46,678 nucleotides of DNA. Source: Acidilobaceae archaeon. Its GTDB lineage: Archaea > Thermoproteota > Thermoprotei_A > Sulfolobales > Acidilobaceae. Both the position numbers and the translations under genes were made by a program. Shown piece by piece: positions 18,135-26,419 of this stretch (positions within the stretch are counted from its first letter, which is position 1; the number at the start of each line of letters is the position of its first letter). The stretch covers positions 1 through 46,678 of the forward strand of contig JAWBBK010000004.1 of NCBI GenBank assembly GCA_038824665.1. The letters are read 5' to 3'. The notes beneath the pieces were generated by a model. The model ran no database searches, was not told the DNA's origin, and was given only the letters and a program-made list of their open reading frames with translations.

Positions 18135-19443
18135 ACTCATCTCTACAGCCTGGATACCCCACTCCAATTCTCCCTTCGAGAAGCAGTCTAGTTAGCTCGC
18201 CAACTGCTTCAGGAGCTACTAATTCAGCTATAGAACGCGCTTCAGCAGGATCCCGAAAACCTCCCGCTATAAAGCCTGATGAAGCTGCAGACCCTTTAGG
18301 AGCGATCTTCCTAGTCCCCCAAGGAAGACCTGAGGAGAACACTACGACTTTTTTAGCGAAGCGAGGAGCTTCTGAAGCGATCCTTCCTAATTCTTCTTCA
18401 GGTATCGAGCACTCGCTCACATCTACAGCTACAGCCTCAAATCCTTTTCCAGCTAGGCTTTTAGCTAAGCTCAAAGCATAAGCTACTCTAACTTCAATCG
18501 GACTGATAGAACCGAGTTCTAGTGAGAGTCTCTTAGCCTTTTGAGACAGAGTTCTCTCTATCTCTTCTTCCACCTCAGAGAGCTTGAACTCTCCTCTACA
18601 CAGATTTAGGTAAACTGAAGACTCTGAGAGAACTCTCTTCAAGACAGCTTTGCGAGCGAGTTCTCCATAGCCCCAGAGAATCCAAGGCTCCATCAGCTTG
18701 AGCACAGCTTCAGCTCTCTCTGAGCACGCGAAAACTCTATCAGACCTTTTGGAATAAGCTATAGCCCCTCTCGCTGAACTAACGTTGGCTTCTAGAGCTA
18801 CGAGTTCTCCTACAACCACCCCCTCGCAAGAACTCGGAGGTATAGGTCTAAGGGAAAACCAGACACTCACGACAGCGAGCCCTAAAGGACCTAGCGCTGA
18901 AAGAGTCCCAAGAACTAGAGATTCCTGGAGAGACCTAGAAGAAGCAGATGAGATAAGAGCAGAGACCAGAGAGGAGACAGCATATACGAGTTCTGCCCAA
19001 GGCTCTAGTCTTAGATCCAGAAAGAAGCTTAGAACGTAGAGAGACAAGCCAGCTGAAGATAGAGCTATAGGAGACCATTCAGCTAAGTCTTTTTTCACTA
19101 AATCGAGAGACGGCTCAGAGAGAGATCCTCTAAGCTTAGTCAACGTCGTTAAGATCGTAGCTGAAGATAAAGCGAGAGCTACAAAGTAGTAAAAAGAGAG
19201 ATGTACGAAGAGAAGAGAACTCACAGCTAAAGATAGAGATGCCAAGAGGCTACTTGAAGCTATGAGGAGTCCTATCGAGAAGATAAGGGAGAGAATGTAG
19301 GGAGCCAACAGAGAAACGTCGATTGCAAGACCTGGAGCCACTCTAACTGTCAGATCGATAGGTAGACCTAACGAGAAGACTATGACGTTAATGGTTAGAA
19401 GAGCTGACGAGGTGATCAGTCTAGCTTTTGAATCACATCTCAA
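18115..19443 (-). CDS. Multi-TM membrane protein fused to a degenerate HerA/VirB4-like ATPase fold
   Basis: Hydrophobic N-terminal ~200 aa. The C-terminal half has HerA-like elements in order, with catalytic residues replaced (see findings). Confidence 0.6.
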   Translation of the reverse strand: MRCDSKARLITSSALLTINVIVFSLGLPIDLTVRVAPGLAIDVSLLAPYILSLIFSIGLLIASSSLLASLSLAVSSLLFVHLSFYYFVALALSSATILTTLTKLRGSLSEPSLDLVKKDLAEWSPIALSSAGLSLYVLSFFLDLRLEPWAELVYAVSSLVSALISSASSRSLQESLVLGTLSALGPLGLAVVSVWFSLRPIPPSSCEGVVVGELVALEANVSSARGAIAYSKRSDRVFACSERAEAVLKLMEPWILWGYGELARKAVLKRVLSESSVYLNLCRGEFKLSEVEEEIERTLSQKAKRLSLELGSISPIEVRVAYALSLAKSLAGKGFEAVAVDVSECSIPEEELGRIASEAPRFAKKVVVFSSGLPWGTRKIAPKGSAASSGFIAGGFRDPAEARSIAELVAPEAVGELTRLLLEGRIGVGYPGCRDEFIMFES

Positions 19444-19558
19444 CTCCTAGACACCTGTCTTGTTAACGTTCTCCTAAGGCTTAGCCTTTGAGAAGTTTAA
19501 GGTCTACACAGAACTTAAAACAGAGGTAGCTGAAAGTCTAGAAGGAGAACGAAAAGCT

Positions 19559-22441
19559 ATGGCTTTAGAGCTTCTTCACCCTAAGGTCAGAGAGGCGTTC
19601 AAAAAAGCTGGTTACGAAAGACTTCTCCCTATACAAGAGAAATCCATACCGGTAGTTCTAAGCGGTAATCACACCCTCATAATAGCTCCGACAGGAAGCG
19701 GAAAAACTGAAGCCGCTCTTTTGTCTGTACTATCTCTTATGCTCTCAGAGCCAGCCGAAAAGGGCCTTAGGCTTATCTACGTCACTCCCTTAAGAGCTCT
19801 CAACAGAGACGTGGCCTTGAGAATAGAGAGGTTAGCCTCTTTATGTGGTTTTGATGTATTAGTAAGACATGGAGACTCGAGACAGACCGATAGAAGGAGG
19901 TTTTTGAAAGAGCCTCCTTCTATAATGATCACTACTCCTGAGACTTTGACTCTCCTGCTAACTCTGAAAGAGCATAGAGAGATCTGGTCTAGAGTCAGTT
20001 GGGTAATAGTGGACGAAGTTCACGAGCTACTAGATAGTGAAAGAGGAGCAGAGCTCTCTTTGACTTTAGAGAGGCTCTCTTTGGCTTCTAAAAAGACAGT
20101 CCAGAGGATAGGACTTTCAGCTACGCTCTCAGACCGTAGCGTAGAGAGAGCCAAAGAGCTACTAGCGGGCGGCAGGAGAGTTGAAGTAGTCAAAGATCAT
20201 TCAGCCAAAAGCTACGACATTAAACTAGTCGTATTCAAGTCTGACGAGAACTACTTAGAAGAAGCTGTAAATAAAATAAAAGATTTAATGTCTGAGTCCA
20301 GATCTACGCTTATCTTTACAAACACTAGACACACAGCTGAACATCTAGGAGCCCTTCTATCTAGAGCTGTTGGAAAAAACGAGATCAGAGTTCATCATGG
20401 AAGCTTGTCGCGTGAAGTCAGAGAAGATGCCGAAAAGATGTTCAGAGAAGGAGAGATCAGAGCTTTAGTAGCTACATCTAGCATGGAGCTCGGAATAGAC
20501 ATAGGCTCTGTAGACTTGGTAATTCAGTTTATGTCTCCTCGACAAGTTTTGACTATGACTCAAAGAGCTGGAAGAGCTGGACACAGATATGGAGATGTGA
20601 GTAGAGCCTTTATAGTGACTTTAAACAACGTCTACGAGGTCTTAGAGTCAGGCGTTATAGCTTGGAGAACTGAGAAAGGCCATATAGAAGACTTGAGACC
20701 TCATAGAGAAAGTCTAGATGCGTTAGCTCACCAGATCGTCGCCATGGTCGCAGAAGGCTCCGCTAAAACCATAGATGATATTTACGAGATAGTCTCTAAG
20801 TCCGGGCTTTACTCCAACATCTCTAAAGAGACCATTAAAGAGCTAGTGTCTTTTCTAGAAGAACATAAAGTGTTGAAGCTCAACGAACGAGGAGAGCTAA
20901 GCCTAAGCTCTAGGTCTCTTAAATACCTTTACGAGGTCTCGATGATACCCGACGAGATCGACTATGAGGTTTACGATATAGTCAGCGGCGTTAAAATAGG
21001 GTCTCTCGGCGAACGTTTCGTCATGGACAAATTAGAAGCTCTCAACTCTAAAAGACGTCCAGTTACTTCAGAGTATAGGTTTAAGTTCGTTCTTTCAGGA
21101 AGAGTTTGGGAAACTTTAGATATAGATTTAGAGAACGGAGAGATCAAAGCAAAGCCTGTAGCTGAAGTAGAAGGCTACTTACCTAGCTGGGAAGGAGAGC
21201 TGATACCCGTTGATCTTAGAGTAGCCAGAGAGGTTTGCTCTCTTCTAGCTCTAGCTATGGAGGACCCGGAGAGAGCAAAGAGTCTTATGATTCAGAGAAA
21301 GCTTAGCTACGAGGAAACAGAAAACGTGATCAAAGTAGCTCAAGAAACTGCAAGAAGATGGGGCGTTCCTCTAAGCTTCAGGAATCCTGTGATAGAGGCT
21401 TTAGGTAGAACTTACATCTTATACTCTTGTCTAGGCTCTAAAGGCAACTTCGGTCTCGCCTTGCTGGTCTCAGAGATAGCCAACAAGTGGGTAGGTCTCG
21501 AGTTCGAATACATCCCCTACGCTATAGTCTTCTCAAGTCATGTTCCTAGAGTTCACGAAGTCGTAGTCAAAGCTCTTCTAAGCGCTAAAAAGATGAGCCC
21601 AACGGATAGACTAGCCCTCATTCAGTCCTCCTTAAGGAGAAGCAAAGCTTTCACGTTCAGATTCTATCACGTAGCTAAAAGAATGGGCATTCTAGACCCA
21701 GACGCTAAGATCGGAAGAGTTCTACTGGAGAAGCTCGTCGAAGCTTATAGAAACACCGTAGCTGAAAGAGAGGCTCTAAGAGAAGCTCTCGTAGATAAAG
21801 TAGATCTAGAAGCTGTCAACGAGTTCCTAGACGAACTCTCTGAGCCCGTAGTAGTTGAGCTACCTGAGCCTAGTCCTCTAGCTCTTCAAGTTTTGAACAA
21901 TCCCTACGTGAGAAAAGATGTGGCTACTAATCTCAAAGCTATAGCTTTAGACAAGATAATAGAATCTAAGAAAAGGTACTTGAAGAACAAAAAAGTCATA
22001 ATGTTCTGTATCAGCTGTCTCCGTTGGGAAGAACTTACCGTCGCTTCTGTGGAAAAGAACTATAGATGTTCTAAGTGCGGTGGACTCTCAATAGCTCCTC
22101 TGCCAGCTACAGAATGGGGAATCAGAGCGAGAGAGGCTTTCATCAAGAACGCGAGAGGAGAGAGGCTTAACGCTGAAGAGATCAAAATAGTCAAAGAAGT
22201 AGGAGATAGAGCTGGTCTCTACCTCAACTACGCCAGTCTAGACCTAGGAGACTACGTAGTAATGGCTTTAGTCACACACGGAGTCGGGCCGGTTAGAGCC
22301 AAAAGGATCTTGACCGAGTTGTTGATTAGAGGAGAGAGAGGGTTTTTTGAAGAACTTCTGAAAGCTGAAGAAGAGTATCTAACTACTAGAAGGTTTTGGG
22401 ACAAGAAACGAAACAAAGAGGACTATGTCGAACCCTCTTGA
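19559..22441 (+). CDS. lhr: Lhr-family SF2 helicase with C-terminal Cys4 motif
   Basis: PTGSGKT, TPLRALNRD, TTPE, DEVH, GLSAT, HHGSLS, QRAGRAGH, SMIPDE, PSWEGE; CISC...CSKC. Confidence 0.93.
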   Translation: MALELLHPKVREAFKKAGYERLLPIQEKSIPVVLSGNHTLIIAPTGSGKTEAALLSVLSLMLSEPAEKGLRLIYVTPLRALNRDVALRIERLASLCGFDVLVRHGDSRQTDRRRFLKEPPSIMITTPETLTLLLTLKEHREIWSRVSWVIVDEVHELLDSERGAELSLTLERLSLASKKTVQRIGLSATLSDRSVERAKELLAGGRRVEVVKDHSAKSYDIKLVVFKSDENYLEEAVNKIKDLMSESRSTLIFTNTRHTAEHLGALLSRAVGKNEIRVHHGSLSREVREDAEKMFREGEIRALVATSSMELGIDIGSVDLVIQFMSPRQVLTMTQRAGRAGHRYGDVSRAFIVTLNNVYEVLESGVIAWRTEKGHIEDLRPHRESLDALAHQIVAMVAEGSAKTIDDIYEIVSKSGLYSNISKETIKELVSFLEEHKVLKLNERGELSLSSRSLKYLYEVSMIPDEIDYEVYDIVSGVKIGSLGERFVMDKLEALNSKRRPVTSEYRFKFVLSGRVWETLDIDLENGEIKAKPVAEVEGYLPSWEGELIPVDLRVAREVCSLLALAMEDPERAKSLMIQRKLSYEETENVIKVAQETARRWGVPLSFRNPVIEALGRTYILYSCLGSKGNFGLALLVSEIANKWVGLEFEYIPYAIVFSSHVPRVHEVVVKALLSAKKMSPTDRLALIQSSLRRSKAFTFRFYHVAKRMGILDPDAKIGRVLLEKLVEAYRNTVAEREALREALVDKVDLEAVNEFLDELSEPVVVELPEPSPLALQVLNNPYVRKDVATNLKAIALDKIIESKKRYLKNKKVIMFCISCLRWEELTVASVEKNYRCSKCGGLSIAPLPATEWGIRAREAFIKNARGERLNAEEIKIVKEVGDRAGLYLNYASLDLGDYVVMALVTHGVGPVRAKRILTELLIRGERGFFEELLKAEEEYLTTRRFWDKKRNKEDYVEPS

Positions 22442-23169
22442 GCTTTAGATTGTGTTTCCGACTTCTGTTCCTGAGTTCCTCCTTCAGACTTCTTATAATA
22501 GACATCCACAATAAGTTCTAATTTCTCAGGATCTAGAGAGTCCTTTATGTAGACAATGAGCAACCTAAGTCTAGCGTCCAGATCGTTTAAGTTTATGATA
22601 GATACGGGTAGCTTAACCTTCACCGTCCCTCCTTCAACAAAGGCTTGAATTACGTCTTCGCTCAAACCTAGAGCTCTAGCTACAAGCAGTTTGACTTTTT
22701 CTATAGGATCTTCAACTACTCTCTTCAACTCCAGCTTGACTCTAAGGGTCTTACCGGCCAGCGGATGGTTGAAATCTATGTAGGCGAACCTCTCTGTGAC
22801 CCTGGTTATGACCCCTCTTCTATTAGCTATCTCTACCTCAGCTCCTATTCGAGCTGGGATCCCCATTCTTTCAAGTTGTTTCAGAGGAACCCTTATGACT
22901 AAGTCTTCTCTCCTCTGCCCGTAAGCCTTTTCTGGAGGGATTATCGTCTCTCTGACCTCTCCAGGATTCATGGTAGCTAAGACTTCCTCTACGGTTTCTA
23001 GAAGGTTACCTCTTCCATAAATTACAGCCAAGTCTCCATATCGTTTCGAAGGATCGTAGATCCCCGCCTTCTTCGCTTCTTCTTCATAGGTCGTGTCTAC
23101 TAACTTCTCGCCTTTCTCGTCGCTAGCGTAAACGGTATAACCAATAATGACCACGTCGCCTACTTTCAA
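22423..23169 (-). CDS. Long-type FKBP peptidyl-prolyl isomerase
   Basis: DTT, PPEKAYG, IDFNHPLAGKTL. Confidence 0.93.
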   Translation of the reverse strand: MKVGDVVIIGYTVYASDEKGEKLVDTTYEEEAKKAGIYDPSKRYGDLAVIYGRGNLLETVEEVLATMNPGEVRETIIPPEKAYGQRREDLVIRVPLKQLERMGIPARIGAEVEIANRRGVITRVTERFAYIDFNHPLAGKTLRVKLELKRVVEDPIEKVKLLVARALGLSEDVIQAFVEGGTVKVKLPVSIINLNDLDARLRLLIVYIKDSLDPEKLELIVDVYYKKSEGGTQEQKSETQSKAQEGST

Positions 23170-23257
23170 CTCAAAGCACCTCAGACTGACACATAATCAG
23201 AGTTTTAAAGAATTCTTAAACCAGAGCCTCTTAGCTATCCCAAATGGTGTCCCTCTT

Positions 23258-23698
23258 TTGAAGGAAGCACAGAGCAAGTGGGTAATATTCGAAGCTGAAG
23301 GACATCCTAACGTGAGAGCTGAACACAAGACGACCATAGAGGTCACGCGAGAAGAAGACCTAAGCCCTAGAGGCGACTGCATAATAGGTGTAAAAGCTGA
23401 ACTCTCAGCTAAAGACCTGCCTGAGTGGTTTAAAGCAGAAGCTAAAAGAGGCTCTCTAGTTGTCGCTGTCCTCTGTGCTGAAAGCGTTTGTGACTGTGTT
23501 GTAGGCTTAGGCTCTCCTCTTATGAGCTTTGAAGACGAGAAAAAGATCGTCTTCAGAAGATCAGACTACATAGGTCCTGAAACGATCATGATAAAAGCGT
23601 CTCGAGCAGCAGCTCATTTGAGAAGAGACCTGATAGCTCGGCTCTCTAGTGGAGCTAAGCTGAAAGTGGCTCTCACAACTTTATCGTTAGAAACATAA
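23258..23698 (+). CDS. DUF371 family protein
   Basis: GHPNVRAEHKTTIEVT, GDCIIGV, VFRRSDY; the TTG at 23258 is preferred over 23147. Confidence 0.88.
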   Translation: MKEAQSKWVIFEAEGHPNVRAEHKTTIEVTREEDLSPRGDCIIGVKAELSAKDLPEWFKAEAKRGSLVVAVLCAESVCDCVVGLGSPLMSFEDEKKIVFRRSDYIGPETIMIKASRAAAHLRRDLIARLSSGAKLKVALTTLSLET

Positions 23699-23734
23699 TA
23701 TTTAGTCTTCTAAGCTGATCTCGAGGGAGGAGTT

Positions 23735-24565
23735 TTGGAGATCGGAATAGTAGTCAAACCTGGAAGTCTGCTAGCTCTCGAGCTAGCTGAGAAAGCTATT
23801 GAGATCTTAGAAAAGCACGGAGTAAAAATACGTGTAGAAGAGAAAAGCGCTTCTGGTCCTCTTAGCACCTATCCTCGTTTCAACCTTCGCGAAGAGAAGC
23901 CTGAATACTTAGTAGCCGTAGGAGGAGACGGCACTTTACTAAGGACCGCTCTTCACGTTAAAGAGGAGTCTGCGATCTTGGGCGTAAAGGCTGGAAAGAG
24001 AGGCTTCTTGATGGAAGTCGACAGGTTCGAGATTGAGGAGAGGTTTAAAGACTTCGTTGAGGGGAGGTTTAAAATAGTTGAAAACTCAAGACTCGAGGTC
24101 TCAGTGAACGGAGAGAAGATAGCCTGTGTGCTGAACGACTCAGCCGTTCTTTCAGCTGCGGCTAAGATCTTGAGGCTAGGAGTCCTCGTAAATGGAGAGG
24201 TAACTATGCGTCTTGATGGAGATGGAGTCATAATTGCGACAAGCACAGGAAGTACTGCTCATGCTCTCAGCGCCGGAGGCCCAATAATAGACCCTAGGCT
24301 CAACGTGATAACCTTGGTGCCAGTCAACCCTATTCAGCTGTATTTAAGACCTATAGTAGTCCCTTATGGCTTTCAAATCGATATTCACATAAATGAGCTA
24401 AGCAACGAAGCCGTTCTAAGTCTTGACGGTCAGATTCAGAACGTAGTGAAACCGGGATCTCTGATAACGGTTCTTCCATGCAAGTGGAAACTTAAGATGG
24501 TGAAGTTTAAAGGAACGGAGGGATTTTATGAACGAGTCTACTCAAGGATACTCATGTACTGGTAG
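23735..24565 (+). CDS. nadK: NAD kinase
   Basis: GGDGT, LND, DGVIIATSTGSTAHALSAGGP. Confidence 0.95.
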   Translation: MEIGIVVKPGSLLALELAEKAIEILEKHGVKIRVEEKSASGPLSTYPRFNLREEKPEYLVAVGGDGTLLRTALHVKEESAILGVKAGKRGFLMEVDRFEIEERFKDFVEGRFKIVENSRLEVSVNGEKIACVLNDSAVLSAAAKILRLGVLVNGEVTMRLDGDGVIIATSTGSTAHALSAGGPIIDPRLNVITLVPVNPIQLYLRPIVVPYGFQIDIHINELSNEAVLSLDGQIQNVVKPGSLITVLPCKWKLKMVKFKGTEGFYERVYSRILMYW

Positions 24566-24968
24566 AGCTTATGTGCTCGATGCTGGAGCTCTGCTAGCGG
24601 GAGTTCATCTCAGCTCTATCTGTAGAAGCTATACGACTAGTCTCGTAGCTAAAGAGATAAAAGACGAGGGGAGCAAATTATCTCTTGAAAGAGCTTTAGT
24701 CTCTCAAAAGCTCGAAATCCTGGATCCACCTATAGATGAAGACTTTAAGGCTTTGATCTCCAGAGGGCTAAGTCTTCCAGATATATCGATAATAGTCTTA
24801 GCCGAACACCTCAAAAAACAGAAGCTAGAACCAGTAGTCTTTACGGATGATTATTTACTCCAAGAAGTGCTCCTCTCTAGAGGCTTTGAGGTCAGACCCG
24901 TTAGATACAAAGGCTCTAAGTCTTACAAAAAGAAGACGAAAGGAAATGAAGCTCAAAGTAGTTCATGA
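24528..24968 (+). CDS. Nob1-like PIN-domain ribonuclease lacking the Zn ribbon
   Basis: VLDA, EIKD, LSxxD, TDDYxLQ. Confidence 0.8.
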   Translation: MNESTQGYSCTGRAYVLDAGALLAGVHLSSICRSYTTSLVAKEIKDEGSKLSLERALVSQKLEILDPPIDEDFKALISRGLSLPDISIIVLAEHLKKQKLEPVVFTDDYLLQEVLLSRGFEVRPVRYKGSKSYKKKTKGNEAQSSS

Positions 24969-25980
24969 TGAAAGACATGTTCTCCACAAAGACAAATGGG
25001 GTCTTCACGTAGAGAGACCTGAAAGGCTGTTGTTCCCTTTATCGGTTCTCCAAGAGCAAGTCTTTGCAGACTTAGTAGAGTGGAGAAAAGCCTCACATCC
25101 ACAAGAGTCTTCACTGTTGGGGGTTCATGACAAACACTTCATTAACTTCATAAAAGAAGAGTCTGAGAAAGGCTTTCACTACTTAGACCCTGACACATAC
25201 ATCACTGAACATACCTACGAGGTAGCTCTCTCCTTCGCTACCTCAGCTAGAGAGGCTGCTCGAGACTCTCTAGAAACTAAGGACCCTTGGCTCGTGCTTC
25301 CCAGACCTCCAGGTCATCATAGCGGAAGAAGAGGATGGGCTATGGGAGCTCCAACTCTCGGCTTCTGTATATTCAATCATGCTGCTGTAGCCGCAAGAGA
25401 ACTCTTGAATTTGGGGCTTAAGGTTTTGATGTTAGACTTCGACGCTCACCACGGAAACGGAACTCAAGACATATTTTGGGAAGAGCCTGAAGTTCTCCAC
25501 ATAGACATTCATCAAAGCGGTATATATCCTGGAACAGGACAAATCAACGACCTAGGAGGAGGGGAGGCTGAAGGAACTAAAGTGAATATCCCTTTGACCT
25601 CCGGTAGCGGAGACGAGAGGATAGCGTGGTCTGTAGAACACATAATCAAACCTCTAGCTGAACTATTCAAGCCTGACGCTATAGTCGTGTCAGCAGGCTT
25701 CGACGGTTACGTAGGAGAGCCTATAACTACTCTGTCGATAACCGAGATCGGATACAAGATTTTAGGAGAGACTGTAAGAGAACTCTGGACTTTCTCTAGA
25801 GAGAGAGCTCTCGTGATAGTTCTCGAAGGAGGTTATGAAGAAGGTCTGAGAAACGGTTTTAGAAGCTTCCTCGAAGGATTTTTGAGAGTAGGTGAAGAGG
25901 TTAGAACGAAGCCGTACATGGACTCTAGGACAGCAGAGCTTCTTATGAACACTTTGAAGAAATATTGGAACTTAAAGTAA
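24946..25980 (+). CDS. Zn-dependent histone-deacetylase-family protein
   Basis: HVERPER, RPPGHH, GFCIFN, DFDAHHGNGT, SAGFD, LEGGY; ATG at 24946 is the likely start. Confidence 0.93.
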   Translation: MKLKVVHDERHVLHKDKWGLHVERPERLLFPLSVLQEQVFADLVEWRKASHPQESSLLGVHDKHFINFIKEESEKGFHYLDPDTYITEHTYEVALSFATSAREAARDSLETKDPWLVLPRPPGHHSGRRGWAMGAPTLGFCIFNHAAVAARELLNLGLKVLMLDFDAHHGNGTQDIFWEEPEVLHIDIHQSGIYPGTGQINDLGGGEAEGTKVNIPLTSGSGDERIAWSVEHIIKPLAELFKPDAIVVSAGFDGYVGEPITTLSITEIGYKILGETVRELWTFSRERALVIVLEGGYEEGLRNGFRSFLEGFLRVGEEVRTKPYMDSRTAELLMNTLKKYWNLK

Positions 25981-26078
25981 GCAGAACTCTACATCCCATC
26001 GCTTATAGGTTGCCTAGTCTTCAGACCGATCGCTCAGTTTGTTGGTCTTCAGAGTTAGGTGTTTCGAAAAAAATTTTG

Positions 26079-26092
26079 TTAGGCTAATCTAT
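26079..26092. promoter_or_regulatory. Candidate DtxR/MntR-like metal box at the feoAB promoter
   Basis: TTAGGCTAATCTAT, an imperfect TTAGG-N4-CCTAA palindrome overlapping TATAAATA at 26090-26097. Confidence 0.4.
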
Positions 26093-26134
26093 AAATATCT
26101 CCTAACGGAATAAAGCCTGTTAGGAAGTTCAAAT

Positions 26135-26419
26135 ATGATGAAGCTCTCTGAGGTCAAAGAAGGCTCTACGGTAAAGATAGCGAGGATCTCTGCATACAGT
26201 GACGTCAAGAAGGTTCTTTGTGAAATAGGATTGTCTCCAGGAAGGTCAGTGAAAGTCTTGATAAAGCGAGACGGTATGCTCGTGGTCTCTGTAGGAAGTT
26301 CTAAGTTTTGTCTAGGACGCGATGTTGCTGATTTCGTTTTAGTTGAAGAGAACACAGAGTTGAGCAGCCATGAACAAAACGATACGGGTTGCTCTGATAG
26401 GTCCTCCGAACTCCGGTAA
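26135..26419 (+). CDS. feoA: Ferrous iron transport protein A
   Basis: LSEVKEG, LCEIGLSPG, LGRDVA; directly upstream of feoB. Confidence 0.9.
   Translation: MMKLSEVKEGSTVKIARISAYSDVKKVLCEIGLSPGRSVKVLIKRDGMLVVSVGSSKFCLGRDVADFVLVEENTELSSHEQNDTGCSDRSSELR

Noticed and set aside
25998-26056. C/D-like pattern on the minus strand (two CTGAAGA and one CTGA)
   Set aside because: First guide is only 8 nt and there is no proper terminal D box
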